Positions 1 through 7,528 of a stretch of 37,435 nt of DNA are shown here, piece by piece. Position numbers and translations under genes: made by a program. Origin of the DNA: a virus (Duplodnaviria > Caudoviricetes); IMG/VR virus record IMGVR_UViG_3300032312_002180, positions 1 through 37,435 of that record. One strand, given 5' to 3'. The notes under the pieces were generated by a model that was given only the letters and a program-made list of their open reading frames with translations, ran no database searches and was not told where the DNA came from. Within the stretch, counting starts at the first letter, position 1; each line of letters starts with the position of its first letter.

Positions 1-140
1 ACGAAAGCCCTGCTTCTGTTTTTCTTTATTTTCGTTAGAAGACTGATAAATCGTAAACAAGGGCCCTATCACGACACGAGAGGCTTCGGGCGTTTTTTGA
101 TAAACGAAAAAATTAAACTTCCATGTTAAAAAAAAATAAT

Positions 141-171
141 AAAAAAAGGGTTCAAAATAGAACCCTTTTTT
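141..171. terminator. Bidirectional intrinsic terminator downstream of tmRNA
   Basis: A7-GGGTTC-aaaata-GAACCC-T6 hairpin, 4 nt past the tmRNA CCA end on the minus strand. Confidence 0.85.
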
Positions 172-174
172 ATT

Positions 175-569
175 TGGTGGAGATGGACGGACTCGAACCG
201 TCGTCTTGCACATTTTGACAACCAGTGACTACACGTTTATTACAACATTGTTTCTCAATGTTCCGAAATATCAGGTTTGATATATGTGAGTAACCTACCT
301 GAAAACAACTTGGTCTCAGAGTTATTTTAAGGGAGCTCTGACCTGTGACCCCCATAACGGACTTCTGTTCCTAGGTTATATGTCCTTCCCGACCCGGAGG
401 TTGTTCTCTACGATTACGCAGCAACAACAACAGCTTCTCTAGTCAATCCAAGAGTAGCCATTTTAGCAAAAGTATTGCCATTTATTGTTTTAAATCAGTT
501 TTTAAGGAGTTAATTCAGCTCCTACGTGCCACCAATCCCCAACAATGCCAATCGATACCTGTCATCCCC
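175..569 (-). ncRNA. ssrA: tmRNA (transfer-messenger RNA), about 395 nt
   Basis: Minus strand starts GGGGATG and ends GACGGTTCGAGTCCGTC-CATCTCC-A-CCA. The acceptor stem has the G3:U70 alanine determinant, a T-arm and an encoded CCA. A pk1-like AGGAG/CTCCT stem follows GCACGT. Tag frame 479-414 reads GNTFAKMATLGLTREAVVVAA*. Confidence 0.95.
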
Positions 570-588
570 ATAATTTCAAAGAACCTTA

Positions 589-620
589 CAAAGGTAAGAA
601 CAGATAAATACATAAACAAA
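589..620 (-). promoter_or_regulatory. Bacteroidota housekeeping-sigma promoter for tmRNA, with an embedded TATTTAT motif
   Basis: TTTG (620-617), 20 nt spacer, TACCTTTG (596-589): matches the -33/-7 consensus TTTG-N19-21-TAnnTTTG. TATTTATC lies at 610-603. Confidence 0.7.
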
Positions 621-628
621 TTTAAAAG

Positions 629-636
629 TATTTATT
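629..636 (+). promoter_or_regulatory. Putative phage late promoter TATTTAT
   Basis: TATTTATT 5 nt upstream of ATG 642; the motif recurs upstream of many genes. Confidence 0.5.
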
Positions 637-641
637 TCATT

Positions 642-2021
642 ATGGATGAAGAACAAGTTCAAGACCCTAAACACCATGTCGAAAAAGTTTTTGAAGACGA
701 TAATACTCTAATTGTTAGTCCTTTGACCAACGAAGCCAATGGATATTATGGAGGACAAGGTCCATTTTATGAGGAAGGTTTCTATGGTAATAGAGATTTT
801 GAAAAAAGGTTAGAGTACGGTGGTAAGATATACCACATCATAAATAAAAAGACTGGTGAAAAAGATAGTTTTTATAAAGACCAATATGGTCAATTATTTT
901 ATAATGGTTTTACAAAGCTTACAAAAGACGATATTAACAACTTAATTAAATTCGCACCGACAGCAAAAAAAGTTCTTAATGATATTACAGGGAGTGACAT
1001 ATTCAAAAAACTCAAACAATTTGCAAAAGGTAAAATAGATAAAAATACATTGATTCATTCGGACGATTTGATTTATGACATCAGAATGAACAGTGATAGT
1101 CCTGGTGACTCACCTATATTATTAAGATTTGATGACGACGATGGATTTTTGAATGCAATGGAATTAAGTGATGATGATATTTGGTTTCTTAATGTTATAA
1201 TGTCTAGAGACTATGAATTTATGGACGCAGATAGAATGTGGGATGATAATAAAGAAGGATATGGAATTTTCCGTATGTTTAACGATGAAAATACGCAAAA
1301 ATTAAGAGATATATCAAGAATAGTTTTACCTAATCGAGAATTCAACGAACAGAATGAAGAATTTATGGGTAGTCTCTATAGAAAATTAGATGAAGTTTTT
1401 GAGAGACAACTTGATAATATGAATTGGGCATATATTGAGGAATATAACGAAAAATCATCTGAACATGCTAGAACTGAAATTAATAATGAGATTGAAACGT
1501 ACCTAAATGGAAAAGAATTTACTGTTGTTGGTAAATACGATACGTTATCAATTAATATTTCAGATTTAATCTATTTGTATTCAACAACAGGAAATAGATA
1601 TGCCGATTTAAAAACTTTATTAGAAATTGTTTTAAAACCTGGTTCCAGAGACACTGTTGGAGGATGGGGAGAAAATTATTATGAATATGAGGGTAAGATG
1701 GACGTAAATAAGATAAATAACGAATTTGAATTTCAATTAGATAAAATCTTAGATACTCTATCTGAAGATAAGAATTTACAAGGGTATTTTGAATTATACG
1801 AAGAAATTACATCAAAATATAAACTAAATACTTGGCACTCAACTCCTAAGGATGCAAAGATTCTTTTCAAAATAAAAAACATTGACCCTGAAACATTAAA
1901 AATAAAAGTTGACTTAAGAAAATCAGGAAGTAATGATTGGGATAAAACACACCATTTTAGCGAGGAAAACTTCAATAAGTTTTTATACAACCCAGAATTA
2001 TTTAGTATTTTCGATGAATAA
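642..2021 (+). CDS. Hypothetical acidic phage protein (459 aa)
   Basis: Long ORF with phage-like composition; no catalytic motif recognised. Confidence 0.85.
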   Translation: MDEEQVQDPKHHVEKVFEDDNTLIVSPLTNEANGYYGGQGPFYEEGFYGNRDFEKRLEYGGKIYHIINKKTGEKDSFYKDQYGQLFYNGFTKLTKDDINNLIKFAPTAKKVLNDITGSDIFKKLKQFAKGKIDKNTLIHSDDLIYDIRMNSDSPGDSPILLRFDDDDGFLNAMELSDDDIWFLNVIMSRDYEFMDADRMWDDNKEGYGIFRMFNDENTQKLRDISRIVLPNREFNEQNEEFMGSLYRKLDEVFERQLDNMNWAYIEEYNEKSSEHARTEINNEIETYLNGKEFTVVGKYDTLSINISDLIYLYSTTGNRYADLKTLLEIVLKPGSRDTVGGWGENYYEYEGKMDVNKINNEFEFQLDKILDTLSEDKNLQGYFELYEEITSKYKLNTWHSTPKDAKILFKIKNIDPETLKIKVDLRKSGSNDWDKTHHFSEENFNKFLYNPELFSIFDE

Positions 2022-2036
2022 TAGAAAATTTTTTCC

Positions 2037-2044
2037 TATCTTTG
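2037..2044 (+). promoter_or_regulatory. Bacteroidota -7 promoter element
   Basis: TATCTTTG (TAnnTTTG) 16 nt upstream of the peptidase ATG; -33 element unclear. Confidence 0.55.
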
Positions 2045-2060
2045 TGGAAATAATTTTATC

Positions 2061-2900
2061 ATGTCTGATTTGAATTTTCTAAAACAGGTTCTAAGCGTTC
2101 CCACCGTAACTTATAACGAAGGATTAATGGTGGACTTCATCACAACTTTTTTGGAAAAAAATAATATTGAGTATTTTGTGGATACAAATAATAATGTTTA
2201 TGCCACAAAACATGATGGGAGTGATTTGCCACAAGATTTTTATTACCCATGCGTTATTTCACACACCGACACGGTTCACCAAATTGATTCAATTAACGTT
2301 ATTGAAGGTAAACTACCTAACGCTCAGGGTGATGTAAAAGACGCTCTGCTCGCAATTAATAACGAAGGTAAACCAACAGGTATTGGTGGAGATGATAAAT
2401 GCGGTGTTTTCGCATGTCTTACTTTACTAAAAGAACTTCCATTTTTAAAAGCGGCTTTTTTCGTATCTGAAGAAACTGGTTGTCACGGTTCAAAAGAAGC
2501 TGATGATGAGTTCTTCTCAAATGTTGGATATGGAATCCAATTTGACGCACCTGAAAATTGGATGATTACTGAAAAATGTTTTGGTTCACAACTTTTTGAT
2601 AGAGAAAGTGAGTTCTTCACTAAAGCAGACAAAGTTCTTACCGAAAACATGGTCAACGAAGATATGGATTATATGACTCACCCTTATACAGATGTTTGGG
2701 CTCTTCGTAATCTATACAATTTTGCGTGTATCAACTTCTCAATTGGTTATTACAACTACCACACCCGCAATGAATATGTTATACCTGAAGATGTGTATAA
2801 TGGAATTAAAATGGGTCGTGAAATGATTGAGAGTTTGGGTTATACCTTACACTTCAAGGAGAAACAAAAAGCCCAAATGAAATATGGTTTATGGGATTAA
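2061..2900 (+). CDS. M20/M28/M42-clan zinc metallopeptidase
   Basis: Motifs SHTDTV (HxD), GGDDKCG, SEETG, QFD and YHTRNE provide the binuclear zinc ligands. Confidence 0.85.
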   Translation: MSDLNFLKQVLSVPTVTYNEGLMVDFITTFLEKNNIEYFVDTNNNVYATKHDGSDLPQDFYYPCVISHTDTVHQIDSINVIEGKLPNAQGDVKDALLAINNEGKPTGIGGDDKCGVFACLTLLKELPFLKAAFFVSEETGCHGSKEADDEFFSNVGYGIQFDAPENWMITEKCFGSQLFDRESEFFTKADKVLTENMVNEDMDYMTHPYTDVWALRNLYNFACINFSIGYYNYHTRNEYVIPEDVYNGIKMGREMIESLGYTLHFKEKQKAQMKYGLWD

Positions 2901-2927
2901 AAAAAGGGAGTTTTTCTCCCTTTTTTT
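2899..2927 (+). terminator. Intrinsic terminator of the peptidase gene
   Basis: A7-GGGAG-ttttt-CTCCC-T7. Confidence 0.8.
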
Positions 2928-2933
2928 ATGCAC

Positions 2934-2956
2934 AAAAAAGGGGTCAATTGACCCCT
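2934..2956 (-). terminator. Intrinsic terminator of clpC
   Basis: AGGGGTC-aatt-GACCCCT palindrome, followed by a U-tract on the minus strand. Confidence 0.75.
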
Positions 2957-2961
2957 GTGTT

Positions 2962-4974
2962 TTATTTACCCTTCTTCACTATTTTAACTTCCTCATTCTC
3001 TACAATGATGTTGTAGTTTTTACCCTCAATCATTCTACCTGTAAGAACCTCTTCAGACAAGAAATCCTCAACTTTGTCTTGGATTGCTCTCTTCATTGGT
3101 CTTGCTCCGTAAGTTGCGTCATAACCAATTTTGGAAATAAATTCAACAAGGGTTTCATCATATGTGATTTTGTATTTTATATCAACTAAACGAGAAACCA
3201 ACTTATCGAGCTCAAGTCTTGTGATTTTTTTGATGTCTTCTTCGGACAAAGTATTAAACATAATTGTATCATCAATTCTATTTAAAAACTCAGGTGAGAA
3301 GAAATTTTTCATTTCCTTCATTAACATCTGTTTTTTGGCTTCTTCATTTGAATATGTATTTGAACCAAATCCGATACCTGCTCCGAACTCTTGGAATTTC
3401 TTAACCCCGAGATTTGATGTAAGAATAATTAGGGTATTTTTGAAATTAATCTTTCTACCCAAACTATCGGTAACAAATCCATCATCCATAATTTGAAGAA
3501 GAATCGAGAAAATATCTTTATGTGCTTTTTCTACTTCATCAAACAAAACAACTGAATACGGTTTGTTTTTTACCTTTTCGGTAAGTTGACCTCCTTCATC
3601 ATATCCAACATAACCTGGAGGTGCACCTACCAATTTGGAAATGGTGTGTTTCTCTTGATATTCGCTCATGTCAACTCTTATAAGTGAGTCTTCGCTACCG
3701 AACAATTCTTTTGCTAAGGTTTTGGCTAAGTGAGTTTTACCAACTCCAGTTGAACCCAAGAAAATGAATGAACCGATTGGTCGATTTGGGTCTTTAATGC
3801 CCAACCTATTTCTTTTTATTGATTTTACAATTTTTGTAACTGCGGCATCTTGACCAATAATCCTACCAATCATTTCTTTATCAAGATTGATAAGTGCCTT
3901 TGTATCATCAACACTCATTTTATTTACAGGTATTTTGGTCATATTGGAAACAACATCATAAACATTTTCGAGAGAGATAATTTGTTTATCTTTTTGTGAT
4001 TCGTCTTCAAATTTCTTTTTTTCTTGTTCCAACTTGTTGATGAGTTTTTTTTCTTTATCTCTAAGTTCAGCGGCATGTTCGTAATTTTGTTTTTTAACAA
4101 CTTCCATTTTCATCAACCTTAGTTCGGATGCTTTCTTTTTTAATTCTTCAATAGCTTCAGGAACTTTGAGTTCGGTTTGCATACGAGCACCAACTTCATC
4201 CATGATATCGAGAGCTTTATCTGGAAACTCTCTATCGGTGATATATCTATCTGCTAATTTGACACAAGCAGTAACAACTTCATCGTTATATATTACCTTA
4301 TGGAAACTTTCATATTTGTCCTTAACGTTTTTGAGAATTTCGATGGTCTCTGCAATTGTGGAAGGCTCAACAGTTACTTTTTGGAACCTACGTTCAAGGG
4401 CTCCGTCCTTCTCAAAAGATTTACGGTACTCATCCAAAGTGGTTGCTCCGATACATTGGAGTTCTCCACGAGCAAGAGCCGGTTTGAAGATATTGGAACC
4501 GTCCATAGAACCTGCAGCATTACCAGAACCAACAAGAGTATGAATCTCATCAATGAATACTATGATATTTGGATTAGCCGCGAGTTCTTCCATAATCACT
4601 TTCATTCTTTCTTCGAATTGACCACGATATTTTGTACCGGCAACAACTGAAGTCAAATCAAGAGCAACAATTCGTTTATCAACAAGATTACGAGGACAAT
4701 CACCATTATATATTTTGATTGCCAGTCCCTCTACAATTGCGGTTTTACCACAACCAGGCTCTCCGATAATAATTGGGTTGTTTTTCTTCCTACGTGAAAG
4801 AATTTGAGCAATACGAATTATCTCTCTTCCTCTACCCACAACAGGGTCAAGTTTTCCGAGTTCTGCGAGTTTGATTAAATCCCTACTGAAGTTATCTAAT
4901 ACAGGGGTTGAGCTATCAGATTGTTTTTGTTTTTTACCTGTTTTCATGTCGTCGTCATCCATTAATTCATTCAT
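2962..4974 (-). CDS. clpC: ClpC-type Hsp100 AAA+ unfoldase lacking the N-terminal Clp-repeat domain
   Basis: Two AAA modules ([13 protein letters not shown] and [14 protein letters not shown]), pore loops KYRG and GYVG, short UVR-type middle domain ([11 protein letters not shown]), ClpP-binding IGF loop (GAGIGFG). Confidence 0.92.
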   Translation of the reverse strand: MNELMDDDDMKTGKKQKQSDSSTPVLDNFSRDLIKLAELGKLDPVVGRGREIIRIAQILSRRKKNNPIIIGEPGCGKTAIVEGLAIKIYNGDCPRNLVDKRIVALDLTSVVAGTKYRGQFEERMKVIMEELAANPNIIVFIDEIHTLVGSGNAAGSMDGSNIFKPALARGELQCIGATTLDEYRKSFEKDGALERRFQKVTVEPSTIAETIEILKNVKDKYESFHKVIYNDEVVTACVKLADRYITDREFPDKALDIMDEVGARMQTELKVPEAIEELKKKASELRLMKMEVVKKQNYEHAAELRDKEKKLINKLEQEKKKFEDESQKDKQIISLENVYDVVSNMTKIPVNKMSVDDTKALINLDKEMIGRIIGQDAAVTKIVKSIKRNRLGIKDPNRPIGSFIFLGSTGVGKTHLAKTLAKELFGSEDSLIRVDMSEYQEKHTISKLVGAPPGYVGYDEGGQLTEKVKNKPYSVVLFDEVEKAHKDIFSILLQIMDDGFVTDSLGRKINFKNTLIILTSNLGVKKFQEFGAGIGFGSNTYSNEEAKKQMLMKEMKNFFSPEFLNRIDDTIMFNTLSEEDIKKITRLELDKLVSRLVDIKYKITYDETLVEFISKIGYDATYGARPMKRAIQDKVEDFLSEEVLTGRMIEGKNYNIIVENEEVKIVKKGK

Positions 4975-5011
4975 ATTTTATGATTTATTTTTTGGTTTAT
5001 TGTTTCGGATA

Positions 5012-5043
5012 CAAATATCCATCAATTTTTGGACACTAACAAA
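5012..5043 (-). promoter_or_regulatory. Bacteroidota-type promoter for clpC
   Basis: TTTG (5043-5040), 20 nt spacer, GATATTTG (5019-5012); one mismatch to TAnnTTTG. Confidence 0.55.
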
Positions 5044-5048
5044 CAATT

Positions 5049-5123
5049 TGTCAAATTTACAGTAAGAAATATTTTTATGTGACTATATGTCAGTACCTAT
5101 ATACTTTTTATGACAATATGTCT
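5049..5123. promoter_or_regulatory. Three phased 13-bp boxes (TGWCA-N3-TGWCA-like) at exact 31-bp spacing
   Basis: TGTCAAATTTACA (5049), TGACTATATGTCA (5080), TGACAATATGTCT (5111). Confidence 0.6.
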
Positions 5124-5135
5124 TATTGAAAATAA

Positions 5136-5150
5136 TGGCATTTTGTTTGA
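5136..5150 (+). promoter_or_regulatory. Sigma54-like -24/-12 promoter for hsp20
   Basis: TGGCATTTTGTTTGA = GG-N10-GA versus consensus TGGCAC-N5-TTGC; about 40 nt upstream of ATG 5192. Confidence 0.5.
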
Positions 5151-5191
5151 CTTATTTGTATAAAATAAATAAATTAAAAAAAAAAACTATT

Positions 5192-5608
5192 ATGATTTAT
5201 TATGAAAATTTAGACAGAATGTTTGAACAATTTTTTCATCCAAACGGTACTACTAGCGGTACATATAAAACATACAGAATTGTTCCTACAAGTAAAAATG
5301 AAAAAATTGAAGACTATGAAATTAACACTGTGAAAGATGGTGCATATCTTCACTTTGAGGTTCCTGGATTTAACAAGACTAATTTAGACGTTCTAATTGA
5401 AGGTTCTGAACTTGTAATTGAGGGTATCAGAAAGTATAAAATGGATGGTGAAGAAAAAGAAAAAAAGATTAATCGTAGAATTGAACTTAATAATCTTTAT
5501 GAATCGTCAACATTGGAGGCAACAGTAGAAGATGGAATTCTTACTGTGTATATTCCAAGTTTCAAAAAAGAGGTACAAAAAAAGAAAAATAGAATCAACC
5601 TAATGTAA
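5192..5608 (+). CDS. Hsp20 / alpha-crystallin small heat-shock protein
   Basis: FEVPGFNK, LVIEG, ATVEDGILTVYIP and C-terminal INL (IxI-like). Start moved from TTG 5126 to ATG 5192, which follows an A-rich leader. Confidence 0.88.
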   Translation: MIYYENLDRMFEQFFHPNGTTSGTYKTYRIVPTSKNEKIEDYEINTVKDGAYLHFEVPGFNKTNLDVLIEGSELVIEGIRKYKMDGEEKEKKINRRIELNNLYESSTLEATVEDGILTVYIPSFKKEVQKKKNRINLM

Positions 5609-5611
5609 ATC

Positions 5612-5637
5612 AAAACCCTCCAATCGGAGGGTTTTTT
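5612..5637. terminator. Bidirectional terminator between hsp20 and the kinase-like gene
   Basis: AAAACCCTCC-aatc-GGAGGGTTTTTT. Confidence 0.85.
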
Positions 5638-6187
5638 ACAAATCTAAACATTTGATTTTACCATCTTTACCATAACCAAAATTATATTTGTGAGTATCAA
5701 CTATAGTGTCTTTACCTTTTACTTTAAAAATCGTTTTTTCACATTTTTTAATTACACTCAAAAGGTTGATAAAAAAGTTATACCTTTCTCTATTGTGATT
5801 TAATAATTTCTTTCCTATTTCAACAAATACCGAAGAATCTGAACCTTCATTTATATATAAGTCCGAAAAACTCTCTTCCCTATCAACATCAATAGCACCA
5901 ATATCTTTTAAGGCCAATTCTAAATCATCCCAATCATTCTCAAATTTATTGGTATCTAATTTTTCTAATTCGACATAATAAATGTTTTCGTCTTTTATTT
6001 TCCCTGCTCTGAAAACTTCGGGAAATATTTCTGAATCTGATTTAAATACCTCATACCACTCATCAACAGTGTCTTTGAAACCTACTTTGAATAAAACATT
6101 CGGATTGTTTTTTGAGGCGAATATTGTATGTTCGATTCCTCTATTAAAAACTTCTTTTTTCTTAGTTCCTAATTCATGTATTTTCAT
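5636..6187 (-). CDS. Minimal protein-kinase-like (PKL fold) protein
   Basis: Gly-loop-like NRGIEHTIF, beta3 Lys in VLFKVG, hinge VELEKL, catalytic loop DTHKYNFG (DxHxxN), terminal CLDL as the DFG equivalent. Confidence 0.65.
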   Translation of the reverse strand: MKIHELGTKKKEVFNRGIEHTIFASKNNPNVLFKVGFKDTVDEWYEVFKSDSEIFPEVFRAGKIKDENIYYVELEKLDTNKFENDWDDLELALKDIGAIDVDREESFSDLYINEGSDSSVFVEIGKKLLNHNRERYNFFINLLSVIKKCEKTIFKVKGKDTIVDTHKYNFGYGKDGKIKCLDL

Positions 6188-6197
6188 ATTTATATAT

Positions 6198-6530
6198 ATG
6201 GAGATGTGGCAGAAATATATAGAAAAAACTGAAGGTTTAAAACCTATTTTGGAAACGTATCTTAAGCTAAGACGTTTATTTCAATCGTATGCTTGGTCGG
6301 AATCTGATTTATCAAACCCACCCTTTTATAGTAAAAAGATGATGGAATTGAGAGATGAGATGGGATATAGAATGGCCAAACTTAATAGAGAGATTGATGA
6401 TTTAGGTATCGAGTGGAAAAGAGAAGAATTTAATAGTTACTTAACACCTTTTTTGAGTAAAATTAATGAATTAACACCTTTAAGATATGGCGGTAACAAA
6501 AGAAGAAATCAAAGGAACGAAGATTATTAA
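6198..6530 (+). CDS. Hypothetical protein (about 110 aa)
   Basis: 3' part of ORF 5982..6530. The 5' part is an antisense shadow of the kinase gene. ATG 6198 or 6204 follows TATTTATA (6187-6194). Confidence 0.7.
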   Translation: MEMWQKYIEKTEGLKPILETYLKLRRLFQSYAWSESDLSNPPFYSKKMMELRDEMGYRMAKLNREIDDLGIEWKREEFNSYLTPFLSKINELTPLRYGGNKRRNQRNEDY

Positions 6531-6729
6531 TGAAATCAAATCTTCTAACATTAAAAAGACAGAATACGATACTGAAACAAAAAAACTAGTTGTAGAATTC
6601 AATAGTAATATAAAATATGAATATGATGAGGTTCCTCATCAAATATACACCAAGTTCAGAAAAGCCGAATCTCAAGGTAAATTTTTCACAACAGATATTG
6701 CGAAAAACTACAAATATAAAAAACTATAA
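6487..6729 (+). CDS. KTSC domain protein
   Basis: KSSNIKKTEYD..LVVEF..YEYDEVP..Y..F..AESQGKFF matches the KTSC pattern. Confidence 0.88.
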   Translation: MAVTKEEIKGTKIINEIKSSNIKKTEYDTETKKLVVEFNSNIKYEYDEVPHQIYTKFRKAESQGKFFTTDIAKNYKYKKL

Positions 6730-6738
6730 TTTTTCGGG

Positions 6739-6746
6739 TATTTATA
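6739..6746 (+). promoter_or_regulatory. Putative phage late promoter TATTTATA
   Basis: 4 nt upstream of ATG 6751. Confidence 0.55.
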
Positions 6747-6750
6747 TATC

Positions 6751-7476
6751 ATGGGAGAATTTACTAAAATACTGAAAAGTTTTTCATTACAAGATACTTT
6801 GAACCCAAAAATTTGGGAAAACCCTGATGATGTAGAAAATTCTAAAATGAAATCAAAGGTTCGAAATGCCTTGATGAAAATCGCTGAAAAATTTATCGAT
6901 TATTTAGGAGATGATGTGTTTGTTGAAGATATAACACTCACAGGTTCATTGGCAAACTTTAACTGGTCCGAATATTCTGATTTCGACTTACACATTCTTG
7001 TAGATTTTCAACAATACGAAAAGGAGTCAAAACTTTATCAACAATTATTTGACGCAAAAAAATATATTTTTAATGAAAACCATAACATTAAAATATTTGG
7101 TTATGATGTTGAGTTATATGCTCAAGATGTTGAAGAGGAACACACAAGTACTGGTCTATATTCTGTAATGAATGACGAATGGTTGGAAAAACCAAAAAAA
7201 GAATCTCCTGATGTTAATAAAAAACTTTTGGTTCAAAAAATTGATTCTTGGATTGAAAAAATCGAGAATGGTATTAAAGAGGGTAAAGATTTAGAAAAAT
7301 TAAAATCCAAACTCAAAGAATATAGGAAGTCGGGTTTGGAGAAAGAAGGAGAGTTGTCGTATGAAAATTTGGTTTTCAAATTTTTGAGGAGGTCTGGTCA
7401 TATCGAAAAGTTATTCGATGCTATTAATCAAGAAACCGACAAAGTTCTTTCTGTTGAAAGACAAACTATAGAATAA
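6751..7476 (+). CDS. Pol-beta superfamily nucleotidyltransferase
   Basis: LTGSLAN...SDFDLHI (hGS...DxD) plus a third carboxylate in YDVELY. Confidence 0.82.
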   Translation: MGEFTKILKSFSLQDTLNPKIWENPDDVENSKMKSKVRNALMKIAEKFIDYLGDDVFVEDITLTGSLANFNWSEYSDFDLHILVDFQQYEKESKLYQQLFDAKKYIFNENHNIKIFGYDVELYAQDVEEEHTSTGLYSVMNDEWLEKPKKESPDVNKKLLVQKIDSWIEKIENGIKEGKDLEKLKSKLKEYRKSGLEKEGELSYENLVFKFLRRSGHIEKLFDAINQETDKVLSVERQTIE

Positions 7477-7509
7477 ATTAATTATTTTGTATAATTAGTT
7501 AGGTTCGTA

Positions 7510-7517
7510 TATTTATA
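7510..7517 (+). promoter_or_regulatory. Putative phage late promoter TATTTATA
   Basis: 11 nt upstream of ATG 7529. Confidence 0.55.
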
Positions 7518-7528
7518 AAGAAAAAAAA

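Noticed and set aside
175-205. tRNA-like T-arm and CCA end suggesting a tRNA gene
   Set aside because: The matching 5' acceptor strand is about 390 nt away and a tag frame lies between; this is tmRNA.
170-355. 61-aa minus-strand ORF
   Set aside because: Lies within the 3' half of tmRNA, including the T-arm and CCA; incidental.
2884-4650. Plus-strand ORFs 2884..3189, 3131..3496, 4166..4543 and 4300..4650
   Set aside because: Antisense shadows of clpC; the first also crosses two terminators.
4975-5191. CIRCE/HrcA or CtsR operator between clpC and hsp20
   Set aside because: No TTAGCACTC-N9-GAGTGCTAA. Only one GTCAAA half-site, with no CtsR-type direct repeat; the phased boxes are a different motif.
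5982-6197. N-terminal extension of ORF 5982..6530 (likewise the extensions at 5126, 23717, 28949 and 37348)
   Set aside because: They overlap neighbouring genes or promoters; downstream ATGs have better context.
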